Assembly (NCBI GenBank): GCA_043228905.1
Contig: JBHGNT010000017.1
Span: forward strand, 17,298,001 to 17,362,000
Origin: Azolla caroliniana
Taxonomy: Eukaryota > Plantae > Polypodiophyta
DNA length: 64,000 bases
Direction of reading: 5' to 3'
Part shown: in pieces, positions 38,891-51,283 of the stretch
Numbering within the stretch: the stretch's first letter is position 1
Layout: each line of letters begins with the position of its first letter
Notes under the pieces: model-generated
Told to the model about the DNA's origin: nothing
What the model saw: the letters and a program-made list of their open reading frames with translations, nothing else
The model's database searches: none
Position numbers and translations under genes: made by a program

Positions 38891-39584
38891 AGATATTAAT
38901 TATCAAACTATCCTAGAATTTGAAGTGGCAAGGGGATATATACATAAGGCCGGCTTAGAAAGACCACCATAGCAAACAAGAGCGCAATGAGAGAGATATT
39001 AATTATCAGTCTATCCTAGCATTCAATGCGAAGAGCCTCGACTTGGTGGGGGCGAATCATCCCAAGACGATCGTGATTCTTCACCCTATCCCAGGGCCGA
39101 GGTTTAACTCACGAAAATGGTTATTGCCAAGACCCACACGCATGATAAGCTCTGGCCCAGTCAAGACGATATCTTTGATCTTCTCCAGAGCTCCAATCCA
39201 GGAGTGCGAATCATCACACAAACTCAAGGGCAAGAGGATCCAAGATGATCATGATTCATCACGCTACGCAGATGCATGTATCTCAGGCCCAACACAAGAG
39301 ACGATATGTATATTTGTGGAGCATGGATTCGGTAGGTTGAGAATCATGACAATACGAAAAGCGCAGAGAGGACCCAAGATGGTCATGATTCATTGTGCGC
39401 TATGCCAAGGTCAGGGTCAGGAAGGCGGTCATCGGCAAGACAAGACCTAGATGTATATATGTATGTAGCTGAGGCCCAACCAAGATGATCTCTCTCTCTC
39501 TCTCTCTCTCTCTTGATCTCCTCTAGAGCCCTTCTCACCCCCAACAAACAAAACAAGTTGCCAAGTTTGGCAAGGCTTTTCTCT

Positions 39585-39630
<46 letters not shown>

Positions 39631-39734
39631 CTTTTCTTTGTTAATATTACATATTATTATTTGCTTGGCTCAGGACTTCTGGAGGAGCAGGGGTTGTTGT
39701 TTGTTGATTTAGGGTTGCAAAACAATAGCCGTTG

Positions 39735-39826
39735 AGAAGCAGAGAAACAGAGCAGAAACAGAGCAGAACAGAGCAGAACAGAACAGAACAGAGCAGAGCA
39801 GAACAGAGCAGAGCAGAAGAGAGCAG
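39735..39826 (+). repeat. (CAGAA/CAGAG)n pentanucleotide array in the RRM gene 5' leader region
   Basis: AGCAGAAACAGAGCAGAACAGAGCAGAACAGAACAGAAC..., just downstream of a TTAGGGTT telo-box at about 39709. Confidence 0.88.
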
Positions 39827-40600
39827 GCAAAGATCGAGAGAGATCTATAGGGGTTTTTCTCACCCCTTCCTCTGCCTCTCTCTCCCCTCCCTTTCCTTCT
39901 CTGAGCTCCTTGGCCGCTGCCCCTCTGCAGGTAATCCCATGCTCTTCCTCTTCCTCCTCCTCCTCCTCTTTCTCTTCCTTTCTCTTCCCTGTTCTAGCTT
40001 TCATTTTTTGTTTTTTTTGCTGTCTCATCAGTTTGTTGCTTCTTGGGCCAGTCCGTTTAGTCCCTGTCCTCATTTGCTCTGTTTTAGGGTTTTCTGTCTC
40101 TCCTTAACGGCTGATTTCTTAGGTAACCCCATGGGTAGTCTCAACCACACGTGCTATTGATTCTTTTCCTCTCTTTTTAGGCATTTGTCTATGTTATTCA
40201 CTGCTCGCCCAATGGATCGCATAACAAGCATGCTATATAGATGCTGCTTCAATTTCCACATACTGTTCTTGATTGTGATGTTATCTTTACTCATTTTTGG
40301 GGTTTCTCCCTTTGTCTCATATCATTAAGTTGCTGATGATTACTTTCGTGATGAACTGTATAAACAATATGTCTTATGGAAGTTGCTTCTAATTCCATAT
40401 CTTGTTCTTAATTGCTCACAAAGAATATGAGTTGGTTTTTTTTTCTTGTCTTTTAGGGTTCTTCTTTTGGTAGATACTATGAAAATTCTGTTCCTTAGTC
40501 ATCTCATGAACTGCATTGAAAACTTTATGCTGTATGCATGCTGATTAAAAAATTCCATAACATAAAATTCTCTTTTTTCTTGTTGTTTTCGATGATAGTG

Positions 40601-43600
40601 ATGAGGGTGAAAGCAACTCGAAATGCCGAAAAAAATACTCCTTCTCCATCCGCAAAGAAAGGCAGAAGAGGAACAGCTAGGGGGACTCCGAAATCAGCCA
40701 AAAAGGTTAGTGATTTGAAACCTGAGGTTTCCTGTGACCCACATGTGAGCACCGAAGAGAAGGTAGAGGAACCCATAGAAAAGGATGATTCCCAGGAGGA
40801 AGTTGGTTGCAAAGAAGGAGACAATGGCAATGAGAAAGATGCTGATCATTCTGATATGATTGAAGATTTTGCTTTGGGGGACACATTAATTAGACAGAGT
40901 GCAGAAGAGGCCAAAGAGAAGGATGATTGCAAAGAGAAAGAAGACATTAATCATCCTGGTATAGTGGAAGAAGTTGCCACTACTGCTCAAGTAGATGCCG
41001 TGTCTGAGCCCGTCGAGGTGAAAGAGGAATGCATAAAAGATTCTGCTTCAGATTTCCAGCATGCAAAAGAAGATAGCAGGGAACAAGTAGGTAATGTAGA
41101 AAGTGGGAAACAGGTAGATGAAGAAATCAAGGAAGGTTCCCTTAACAACAATAACAATGATGAACAGGACAAAGATGAAGAGGATTCTGTTGAACAAGTG
41201 AATAGGGAAGAGAGTGGAAAACAAATAGATGAAGCAATGAAGGAAGGCTTTGTTGATGACGAGGATAAAGACAAACAGAGCAAAGATAAAGAAGTTGAAG
41301 AAGAAGAAGAAAAAGAAGAAGAAGAAGAAAAAGAAGATGAAGAAGATGAAGAAGAAGAAGACGGAGATGAAGAAGAAGATGATGTCCAGAATGAAGAAGA
41401 GGGAGGAAGTGAAGAAACCAACAATGAAGAAAACAATGTAGAAGAGGGAAGTGAAGAAGCTATAGAACCGAGGTCGGTTACTGAAAGGAAAAGGAGGAGA
41501 ACACTTGAGGTTTTTGTGGGGGGCTTAGACAAAGAAGCTACAGAAGATGATGTAAGAAAAGCATTTGAAGTCGCTGGTGATATTGTTGAAGTGCGGATGA
41601 TGACACACTCGCAGACAGGCAAAAACAGGGGTTATGCATTTGTTCGATTTGCAAATGCTGACCAAGCAGCCAAGGCGGCTGCCGAACTTGATAAAATCAA
41701 GGTTTCTTTTTCTGTTCTATATTTCAATGATGACAATATTTCGAATGTCTCATGCTTTTTATTCTATTATTATTAATTTCAGGGAACTTAATGTTTCTTA
41801 ATATGCTTTATTATATTTATGTTTTTGCTATCCTTACCACGTATGTTTTCTTATTAAAATATCAGAATGTATGTTTGTTAAAGATTTATGTCAGGATATA
41901 TGTTTGCTTGGTTTGTTTTTGTTACAAAATTTCTCTTAATTGTTATACATATGTGTATGTCCAGATTCGAGACCGGGAATGTGCTGTTGTTCCTAGTGAA
42001 GATAATGACACATTATTTGTGGGCAATATATGCAAGACTTGGAAGTTGGAAGAGGTACGCCTATCAATGCGTTCTTATCTGATTTGACATTACTATTGTT
42101 ATTAACCTTTATGTTGTTGTTGCATATGTGTGAAAAGGTTCTTGCGAAACTCAAAGAATACGGAGTTGAAGGGATTGATGAGATGACTCTCGACGAAGAT
42201 CCAAACAATGAAGGGATGAATTGTGGCCATGCTTTCTTGGACTTTGTTGTTCACAACGATGCTGTGAAAGCATTCAAAAGGTTAAGTAAACCTGATGCTG
42301 TATTTGGTTGTGATCGATCAGCCAGAATTGCCTGGGCTGAAGCATCAGATGAACCAGATGAGACAGTTTTGGCGAGGGTTGGTCAAAATCTTACTAATAT
42401 CATTTTGTTTGAAATTGTAGTAATTCTTCTCATGTATTGTAGTCTGGATCCTCATTTGATTCTGTTCTTTAGGTCAAGTCTGTCTTTGTTGAGGGTATGC
42501 CCTCTGATTGGAATGAGGCAAAATTGAAAGAACTTTTCGGCAAATACGGTGAGGTCGATCGAGTTATGATGGCAAGAAACAATCCTAAGTCAAAGAGAAG
42601 AGACTTTGCCTTCGTTAACTTTTCGACGAGAGATGCTGCTTTAGCTTCCATAAAGGCCTTGAATGAGGTGGAGCTTGTGGAGGGCGACCAAAAGGTAGGC
42701 TCCTGATTCCAGCATTACTATCCATTGTACATAATTCGATGGTGTGCTGGAATTCTTAGTCTTAATTGGTTATCTGAAGATAAAATTGAAAGTGGAGCTA
42801 GCAAAAGCAAAGCCGGCACCAAGACAACGGCGAATGAAAGGCCATCGAGGCTCATATCCTGTAGGTGGTGGTTCTTCAACACAAAACAAAGGCAAAGGTA
42901 AAAATTTGGGAGCTAAACTTGCATTCATTGTATTTTTGAATGTCTTTTGAAAGACAGTGATACAAGCTACTCCACTATGGAAGTTAAACTTTCATTACTT
43001 TGTATGGTTTGAATGCCTTGTTAAATTGTGCTGTCGAATTATTTAGGTGATGCACTGCGGGGTGATCGTTTCAATCGGAGGAGAAGTGATAGTGGTCGAG
43101 TAGCTCCAAGAGGTCGACGGGATGCTATGATAGGTGTGAAACGGAAGCCTGTTGATGACTGGCCTTTGCGAGGAGAGAGGTCAAGGCCATCTCCAAAGTT
43201 CCCACGGGCTGGTATGCTTCCTTTATGTGCAAACCCAATGGAAAGCTGGCTATTGTTGTTATAAGTTATAGAAAGTTTTCAACTGGAATATTCTAACCTT
43301 ACATTCCTAAATAATTGACTTACAAATTATGATCCACTTCTGATCAGTCACAAAGAAGCCGTTTTATATCTGGGTTTTACTTTTTACAGGAGCAGCCGTT
43401 CCTTCGGCAAGACGAGAACCTAGATCTGGGAGCTTAAGAGATAGGCATGGAAGCTATGGTGCTCGAGGTGAAGATGATTATCTTCCTCTTGGTGTTAGGT
43501 TGTCACCTAGGTCAGGAATGAGTCGAGGTCATTATTCTGGTTCCGGGTCACGAGATTACATTCCAAGACAGAGAGGAAGTGGTACAAATCATAGAGAGGT

Positions 43601-45500
43601 TATTCGTGGGTATGCTGCATACAACGAATCGAGTCCTAGACTCAAGCAACCTTACCCTATAGTGGTTAGTACATAAGTTTCTGTATTCTAGTTTATCTTG
43701 TTATGGTCATATTATTTTCTCTCAATTATGCCCTGGTTGTTAATTGTAGTTACTTGAATGAAACAAATGCTTTTCTCAGTACATATAAAAAGAACGATAA
43801 ATTAACGTGAAAAGTGTGGGAAATAAAAGCGCACCACTTTCTATATCACATTTTGGTCGAAACCTGTCTTTCTTTTTAGAAAATGTAAACTATAGACATC
43901 ATAAGTTGATGCTCTGTTTTGAGGTTTTTTGCTGCTCTAGACCTATTGCATGATCATAGGCATAGATTGACATATTCGCATTCATGGGGTTTCCCATTCG
44001 AATGCATGGTCAAGTATTCATTTATAAAAAAAAAAAGAGCGAGTAGATGAACTCCCTCCTTTTTAGTTTCCTAGAGATAAAAAAGGGGACTTGACAATAA
44101 AAAGGGGATAATAAAAAAGGGACCTGCCATTTCGTATTCTTGAATTTTGCGAATATCACGCATGGAGAATATCACGAATATGACACATATGTCAATCCAT
44201 GATCATAGGTTACAATGGACTATTTATGGGTGTTTGATGGTGTAGCAGTTGCAATAAATTTGTACGTTGGATTTTGTGGATTTTAGAGTTCTAATCCTAT
44301 ACACATGCATAATAAAGTACAAACACAAGCACAGCCCTCTATTGCACAGCCCATGCTCTATATTATTTTATTTTATTTATAGGAGTGTAATATATATATT
44401 TTATTATTTGCAGGCTGAAGAGGCTCCCTATTATGAAAGAGCGTATCCTAGAGCCCGAATGGAATATGCCGAACCAGCACTTGTCAGTGGATCTGCTTAT
44501 CTGGATGCCTTTCGGTATGTGCATAGTTATCAAAGAAACCAACTCTTTTTTATGAATTTGGTTAAAATGCATTTGCGTTTCTAAGGTTATCATTTGTCTT
44601 CAGGGCTGCACCTTTGGGAAGTGCTTCTCTGACAGGGCGAAATATCTTGGCTTCAGGTGCATCTTGTTGATCTGAGCACTGAAGTGATTTGATTGTCATT
44701 ATTCACATCAGCCAAATGTGGGAAAAAGTGTAAAAAGCCCGATGATTTGATTGATATCCTCATCACATGATAAACTCATGATTTCATTATACATTTTTAC
44801 TGTATGATCTAGATTCTAATTCTAATTGCAAGAAAATTCATGATTGATTAGCATTAGTAATAAATGATTTGATTAAATATTTTCTGCATAATCTAGATTC
44901 TTACTGCAAGAGAAGTTTTTATTGTTTAACAATATTAATATGGTCTAAATACCAAAGAACTCATTGATTTAATTCTCAGTATTCTAATTAAAAAACTCGT
45001 GCTATGTACCATTGTAGCCTCATTAGGGAGTGCTGCAAGCTCAAGCTCTCTTTATGGTTCTGGAAGCTACAGCTATGCAAATGTTCCACAAGGAAGCAGT
45101 GATTATAACTACTTGGCAGGTGCCACTGATGTAAGAAAAGGAATTTAAGGAATCCATAAACTTATTAAATCACTTTGTTTGTGGTGGTGGGGTTGTAAAC
45201 ATCATTGGGTTATTTTGGCAGCCACGAGGCTCATATTCATCTTCATATTATGACACAAGTCGTCCTGAGTATGGATTGACCCGCCCAGAATATGGCTTGA
45301 GTCGCACAGAATATGGCTCGAGCCGCAGTGAATATGGCTTGACTCGTCCCGAATATGGTTCAAGTCGCCCTGAATATGGATCCAGCCGCGCCCAATATGG
45401 ATCCAGTCGTGCCGAATACGGCTCCACCAGAACAGAATATGATTTAAGACGGACAGGATCAGGCTATGGCCTCCCAGATGGATCTACTGCTTATTATTGA
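40601..45500 (+). CDS. hnRNP-R/Q-like RNA-binding protein: acidic N-terminus, three RRMs, RG/SY-rich tail with Tyr heptad repeats
   Basis: Exons 40601-41701, 41965-42054, 42138-42377, 42473-42694, 42780-42897, 43047-43211, 43390-43664, 44414-44514, 44604-44656, 45018-45130, 45222-45500. RNP motifs VFVGGL/RGYAFVRF, LFVGNI/CGHAFLDF and VFVEGM/RDFAFVNF. Confidence 0.92.
43961..44201. mobile_element. hAT-type MITE (241 bp) in an RRM gene intron
   Basis: Exact 8-bp TSD ATCATAGG at 43953-43960 and 44202-44209. TIRs CATAGATTGACATAT and ATATGTCAATCCATG. Confidence 0.92.
45249..45458 (+). repeat. Coding 21-bp tandem repeat (10 units) encoding YGxxRxE heptads
   Basis: YDTSRPE YGLTRPE YGLSRTE YGSSRSE YGLTRPE YGSSRPE YGSSRAQ YGSSRAE YGSTRTE YDLRRTG. 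Confidence 0.92.
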
Positions 45501-47347
45501 CTTCTGGTAAACATTATTTGAATGTGTAGATTGAAATCACGAGAAACTTAATGAGTGTAAACTAGAGTGGCATTTTAGGAATTATGAGAAACTAGAGTTC
45601 AGTTTGTGCTACCATTCTAGGGATATGTTAAGGTAGAACTTGGGAATCATTTTGGGAAATGATTGTAAATCAAAGTAATAATGATGACAAATAAGGGTAG
45701 CTTTCTGGAAATTGTGTTGAACTAGAATGGCATTTTAGGAATCTTTGTAAAGCCGGAATGGCATTCTGATAATTTGGGCTTTCTGATCAGGCAAAGGGCA
45801 AGTATTTTTGTGACCCTTTCCTTGCGAGGATTAAGCACTGTACCTGGTCCCAGAAGTGTGCTTCGCAGCTGATTTTCAATGGAAGTAGGAGTATATATTG
45901 GATGCTAACTTCAGTGTATGGCCTATCCACACAGTGCCTTGTTCTCTGATGGATTGAATGTTTGATCTCTCACCCATCATTGAATAGTTGTAGGTTTGGG
46001 ATTGAGGGCATACCCAATTAAAATTGTGTAACAAATGCTTCGGCTGCAATTTGCATGCCATGTTTGGAATATATGGATGTCATGGGAGAAAGGTACTCTG
46101 GTTAGCCACTAGTACCTTCACAATTTTGTAGTCCAACACTTTTTTAAGTATGCAGTGAAAGAGATATCTGGGATAAAAAGGGCCTCTTCTCATTGGGAGG
46201 TTGAGGATTAACATTTTCATGTCTTTTGGCTTTCTTTGGAATGTAAATGATTGCTCCCTTGCGGTCAATCAAACAATACTTTCTGTTTATGCATAAATTA
46301 TAGAAAACTATGAGAAGGAAGATACCCCAAATTGTAAGGGATATGGTAGAACCTGTGTATACATATATGATATCATATGCTTTATATTTATGTAATTGTT
46401 AGTGCGAAGTTGATTAGGAATTGTCTCACTTTTAATGGAAGGCTAATAATCTGTTTGTGACGCTGAGGAGAAAACTGCTATTACCATATGGTTTATAGTT
46501 GTGGTATTGCTAAAGCAAAATGGATTACGATTTGTCTCATTTTTTATGGAAGGATGATCATCCTTTTGTTATTCAGAAGAGAAAACTGCTGTGTGCATTG
46601 AACATATGTGGAAACAATGGGATCTGATTTAGGTTAGATTGATTGGGATAATTTGGAGTTTTCCAAATAATTTTCCAATCAATGAAGGATGTATACGTTG
46701 GGTTTAGGTTTTAGGGTTTAGTGATGATATCTTTTGAGGATGGTTCTATGCATGCACCAAGTTGTTTGGAGCTTCAATTGTGAATTGTACTCATCGAGCA
46801 CTTTTAGGATGGGTTGTGACCAGCTTATATGCATAATTGCTTTAGCAATGCATGTAAATATAAGTGTTGAACACATATTGGGTTAGATTAAACATTACTT
46901 AATGCCTCTTATGTAAAAGATGATCATTGGGAAGATTCAAGACTAAGGATATGCCATGGCAGTGTGGTTTGTATTCATTTGGCCGATTTCAAAGGAATTA
47001 CACTATGATGGAATGTTTTATTCATCTTGAATGTTATCATGCAAATAGTAAGAATTCTTTTGACCTGTTTCTTCCATAGAGAGATTTATGTTACTGCGAA
47101 AGTTGAATGATGTGATATTGTCGTCAAAATATGAAGGAATTGTAAAAACAAGAATCATTCTAGTTTTAAATATATCAAATACCTTGTGTTTAAAAAGGAT
47201 CCCTTTGAAGGATTGCTTGAAGGTGTTCATTTTGTAAATTATGTTGGGTTCTTGTTTTGAATCACAAAACCTTAACCACTTGAGGGTTATGGGAGTATTT
47301 ATAGACGGGGGAAAAAACCTCCTAAAGAGGGAAAAAATGCCCCATGT

Positions 47348-47456
47348 AGTCCTAAGTGTGTTCACACACATCACTGTCCTAAATGTGTTCACACAAGTCA
47401 CAATCCTAAGTGTGGTCACACATCATTGTCCCAAGTATGTTCACACACATCACTAC
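47348..47456. repeat. ~27-bp tandem repeat (x4) inside the outer Copia LTR (also at 57317-57423)
   Basis: GTCCTAAGTGTGTTCACACACATCACT units with no unique spacers. Confidence 0.85.
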
Positions 47457-50400
47457 CACAATATGTCAACAAATCCCCCTTGGGAGTGATGTCGTGAACA
47501 AGGAGCTGTCACTCATGGTTAAACAAGTGCCAAGCTATGTGGATAGAGATCAATCCACAAATGGGATTAGGCCTAAAGCTTTGCGGAGAGCTTCAAACTT
47601 CTCTCTAGGCAGAGCCTTTGTGAAGAGGTATGCAATGTTCTCCTGCGTGGGCACATAAGCCAAACTGATCTCTCTAGTAGAGAACCTTTCCTTGACATAG
47701 TGATAATGCACCTCAATGTGCTTAGTGCGAGCATGGAACAGAAGGTTCCTCGCAACTCCCATTGCGCTTTGATTGTTAGTGAAGATGGTGGTGGCAAAAG
47801 ACTGACCAACACCCAAATAAGCTAAAAGGCGTCTGAGCCACACACACTCAACTGTAGCTGTGAAAGCTGCCCTATACTCAGCTTCACAACTAGAAGTGGC
47901 CACAGTAGGCTGCTTCTTGCTCAACCAAGATATGCATGAGCTACCAAGCATGAATCAAAAACCACTTGTGGACACATGAGTGTCATAACAACCAACTCAA
48001 GTCAGAAAAAGCATGCAAGTCTGGTGGTAGTGATCCCCCCTTGGGATAAAACAACCCAAATGACCGGGTACCACTAAGTAGCGAAAAATGCGCTTAATTG
48101 CCTACCAATGCTTAACTCTTGGGCAAACCTGCTCATTTGAGAGACAACAAACTGAATATCAAGTCGGGTTATGCTCAAGTAAATTAAGCATCCAATTGCC
48201 CGCTTATAGAGAACAACATCAAATGCATCTCCAACATCATGAAGGCTCAAATGTAAACCTATCTCCATGGGAGTGGCAATAGGTTTACAATCTTCAAGGC
48301 CAAAACGCTACATTAATGTGTCAATGTATTTCGATTGACACAAAGCTCTTCCGCCATCAACTTACATAAATTGAATGCCCAAATAATGATGCAAATGCCC
48401 CAAATTTGACATCTCAAAAGGAGCATGCAAATCAACCTTAAAGTCAACAATATGCTTCTCATTGGGACCAGTGAACAACATATCACGACATACACAACCA
48501 TCATCAGAAATACATCATTAGCACGCTTAACATATAAGGTGCTTTTAGTTGGACTATTCTCAAACCCAAATGCAATCAAATAGGCATGTATCTTTTCATA
48601 CCAAGAACGTGGTGCTTGCTTGAAGCCATATAATGCCTTTCTCAACCTGCACACTTTATGTTCATGCCCTTTCTGCACAAAACCACGGGGCTAAGATACA
48701 TACACTTCCTCATGAAGATCACCATTTAGAAATGTTGTTTTAATGTCCAATTGATGTACATTCCAACCAGGATGAGCTGCAATGAACAGTAGTCATACGG
48801 CAGGTGGGAGCAAAGGTCTCATCAAAATCAATGCCTTTTTGTTGGGCATAACCTTTTGCAACAAGCCTAACCTTATACTTGGCAACTGTTCCATCAGGTT
48901 TACGCTTCAACTTATATACCCACTTAGTGCCAATAGCCTTCTTGCCAAGAGGCAAGTCACATAAAGACCATGTACCAGTCTTCATAATACCATCATATTT
49001 TGATTGCATAGCAGCCATCCGATTTTCTAAATTTTGTGCTTCATCAAAAGAAACAGGCTCATTTTCATCAGAAAAGGCAACCATAGCATAACAATCTGAT
49101 GCAAAAGAAGCACTATGATAACCTTAAGGAGTACATTATGACAAAGGAAAATCCAATTTGCTATCTTGCGAAGTTTGCGACATCCATTTAGGCGTAGTCT
49201 TTGCCTCCTCTATATCAACCCTCTCATGAATAAGTGTATCATGTAAGTCTACATCAGAAATGGAATGATCTGCATCATTATGAGTAGCTTCCAAAGGCTG
49301 AGAAGGTGCCTCAAGTGGGCCAACACTTAACTGTCCACTTGTAAAAAGAGGCAACAAAGTGTCATACACATCTCTGAAGCTAACCAATGTCTCCTTAGTA
49401 CATGAAAGGAGTGGCCGAATTGCATCCTCCACAAAAACAACATCACGGCTAACCAGAATGCGTTTCGATTGTGGATGATACAAATGATAACCTTTAATTT
49501 TAGAACTGTATCCTACAAAAATACATTTCGTTGATTTATCATCCAAATTTTTGCGTTGTTGTTTAGACACTGATGCATATGCCAAACAACCAAAAACACG
49601 CATATGAGCAACATATGGCTTTTGGCCATGCCAAGCTTCATATGGAGTGATAGAGAGTAGTGCTTTAGTGGGACACCTGTTAAGTACATATGCTGCACAC
49701 ATGTGACATGACAGCCTCAAGCCAAAAACTATGTGGTAAAGCTTGACTTTTGACCATACACCTCGCCATTTCCATGAGTGATCTGTTCTTTCTTTTAGCA
49801 ACTCCATTCTATTGAGGTGTATACGTCACTGTACACTAATGTTTTATACCACATTCAACTAGAAATGCATTAAACTCAGAAGACATATACTCCCCCCCAT
49901 CAGAATGGAGGGTGCCCATTTTACATGCCGGTAGATGTTTAGCCAAAGCTAGAAATGGTTTGAAGCACAGAAACACATCAGACTTTGCCTTCAATGGAGC
50001 CTAGAAAAGTCACCAATGAAAGTCATGAAATAAAGATAGTTCCCGAGAGAATGTGCATGCATAGGACCACATACATCACTATGAACAAGCTACAATTCTG
50101 CGTAGCTCTAACTGAACCATCTTTTGGAAAGGGTGAATGTTGCATTTTGCCCAAAATACAATCGTCACAAACATGCTCTCGAGGTGCCTCAAGTTTGGGC
50201 AAGGAGGACACCATTTCAGATTTCTGTAGGCAAAGCAAACTTGCAAAATTCAGATGACCAAAGCGTGCATGCCAAATCTTTGCATCTGAAATAGCTTGAG
50301 AATCCAGTATTGCACAAGCTGAATCGTTTATAGATTTTTCATAATCTACGAGCTTATACAACCCACGACATAAAATGCTAGAAGCAATAATAACATCCCC

Positions 50401-51283
50401 ATGGATGATGGGACAAAGCATGAACGATACACCTGCCATCAACAAATTTAACAACCAAGCCAGTCTTGGCTAATGCTGAAACTGACAAGAGATTTTTCTT
50501 CATCCCCGGCACAAACAAGCATCCGACAAGATGAAATGACTACCATCAACAGTAGTCAAAATGATCTTACCAACACCCATAACTGGATAGATGAGTTGTT
50601 GGCACATGTGACAATATTCCCTATAAGGGCAGGCTCCAATGAAGTGAAGAAATTGTGCTACGAGGTAATATGTTTGGTTGCCCCACTGTCGAAGTACCAA
50701 ACATCTGATTCTACAGCAGACATACATTGTTCAAGTGAAGATGGGTCAAAATTGTAAACAATAGTAAATGCCCATTCTTCACGATGCACAAGATTTGCAG
50801 GCTTTGTTTTCGGTGCATAGACTTCTGCAAAAACAAGTCCTACCTCTTTTTTCTTTGCCCCTTCTGCAACCAATTTTGGATAGTTCTTTATAATATGATC
50901 AATTCCTTTACAATATTTGCAAAACAATTTTTGTTTCTGCTCTTGTTTTTTTCATTCACTTGTGAACTATTAGCAAATCTCTGCTTGCTAGTAGATGAGT
51001 TCCATTTACCTTTGCCCTTTTGACTAGCTAGGAAAGCTTGATCTACAACATGCATAATAGACCTATTTTGCCTAGACTGATTTTCATGTAACAAAACAGA
51101 GACTAACTCTTCGAATGATAAGACATTGGGATTACCTTTCATCATTAAATGAAGAGTAGAAGCAAAACTCCGATATGAATCAGGAAGACCATTTAGAACG
51201 GTCTGCACAATGAACTATCTTATATCATTTTCATCAGCAGAAATTAATTGTTCCTTTAAATATTTGATTTTTGTAAGAAAACT

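Noticed and set aside
40987-41622. Poly-Ser antisense ORF and poly-Lys alternative-frame ORF (41250-41441)
   Set aside because: Shadows of the GAA-rich acidic region of the RRM gene.
47348-47456. 27-bp repeats resembling a CRISPR array (also 57317-57423 and the 37-bp repeats at 62980-63180)
   Set aside because: Units are head-to-tail with no unique spacers, they lie inside LTRs or an intron of a eukaryotic genome, and no cas genes are present.
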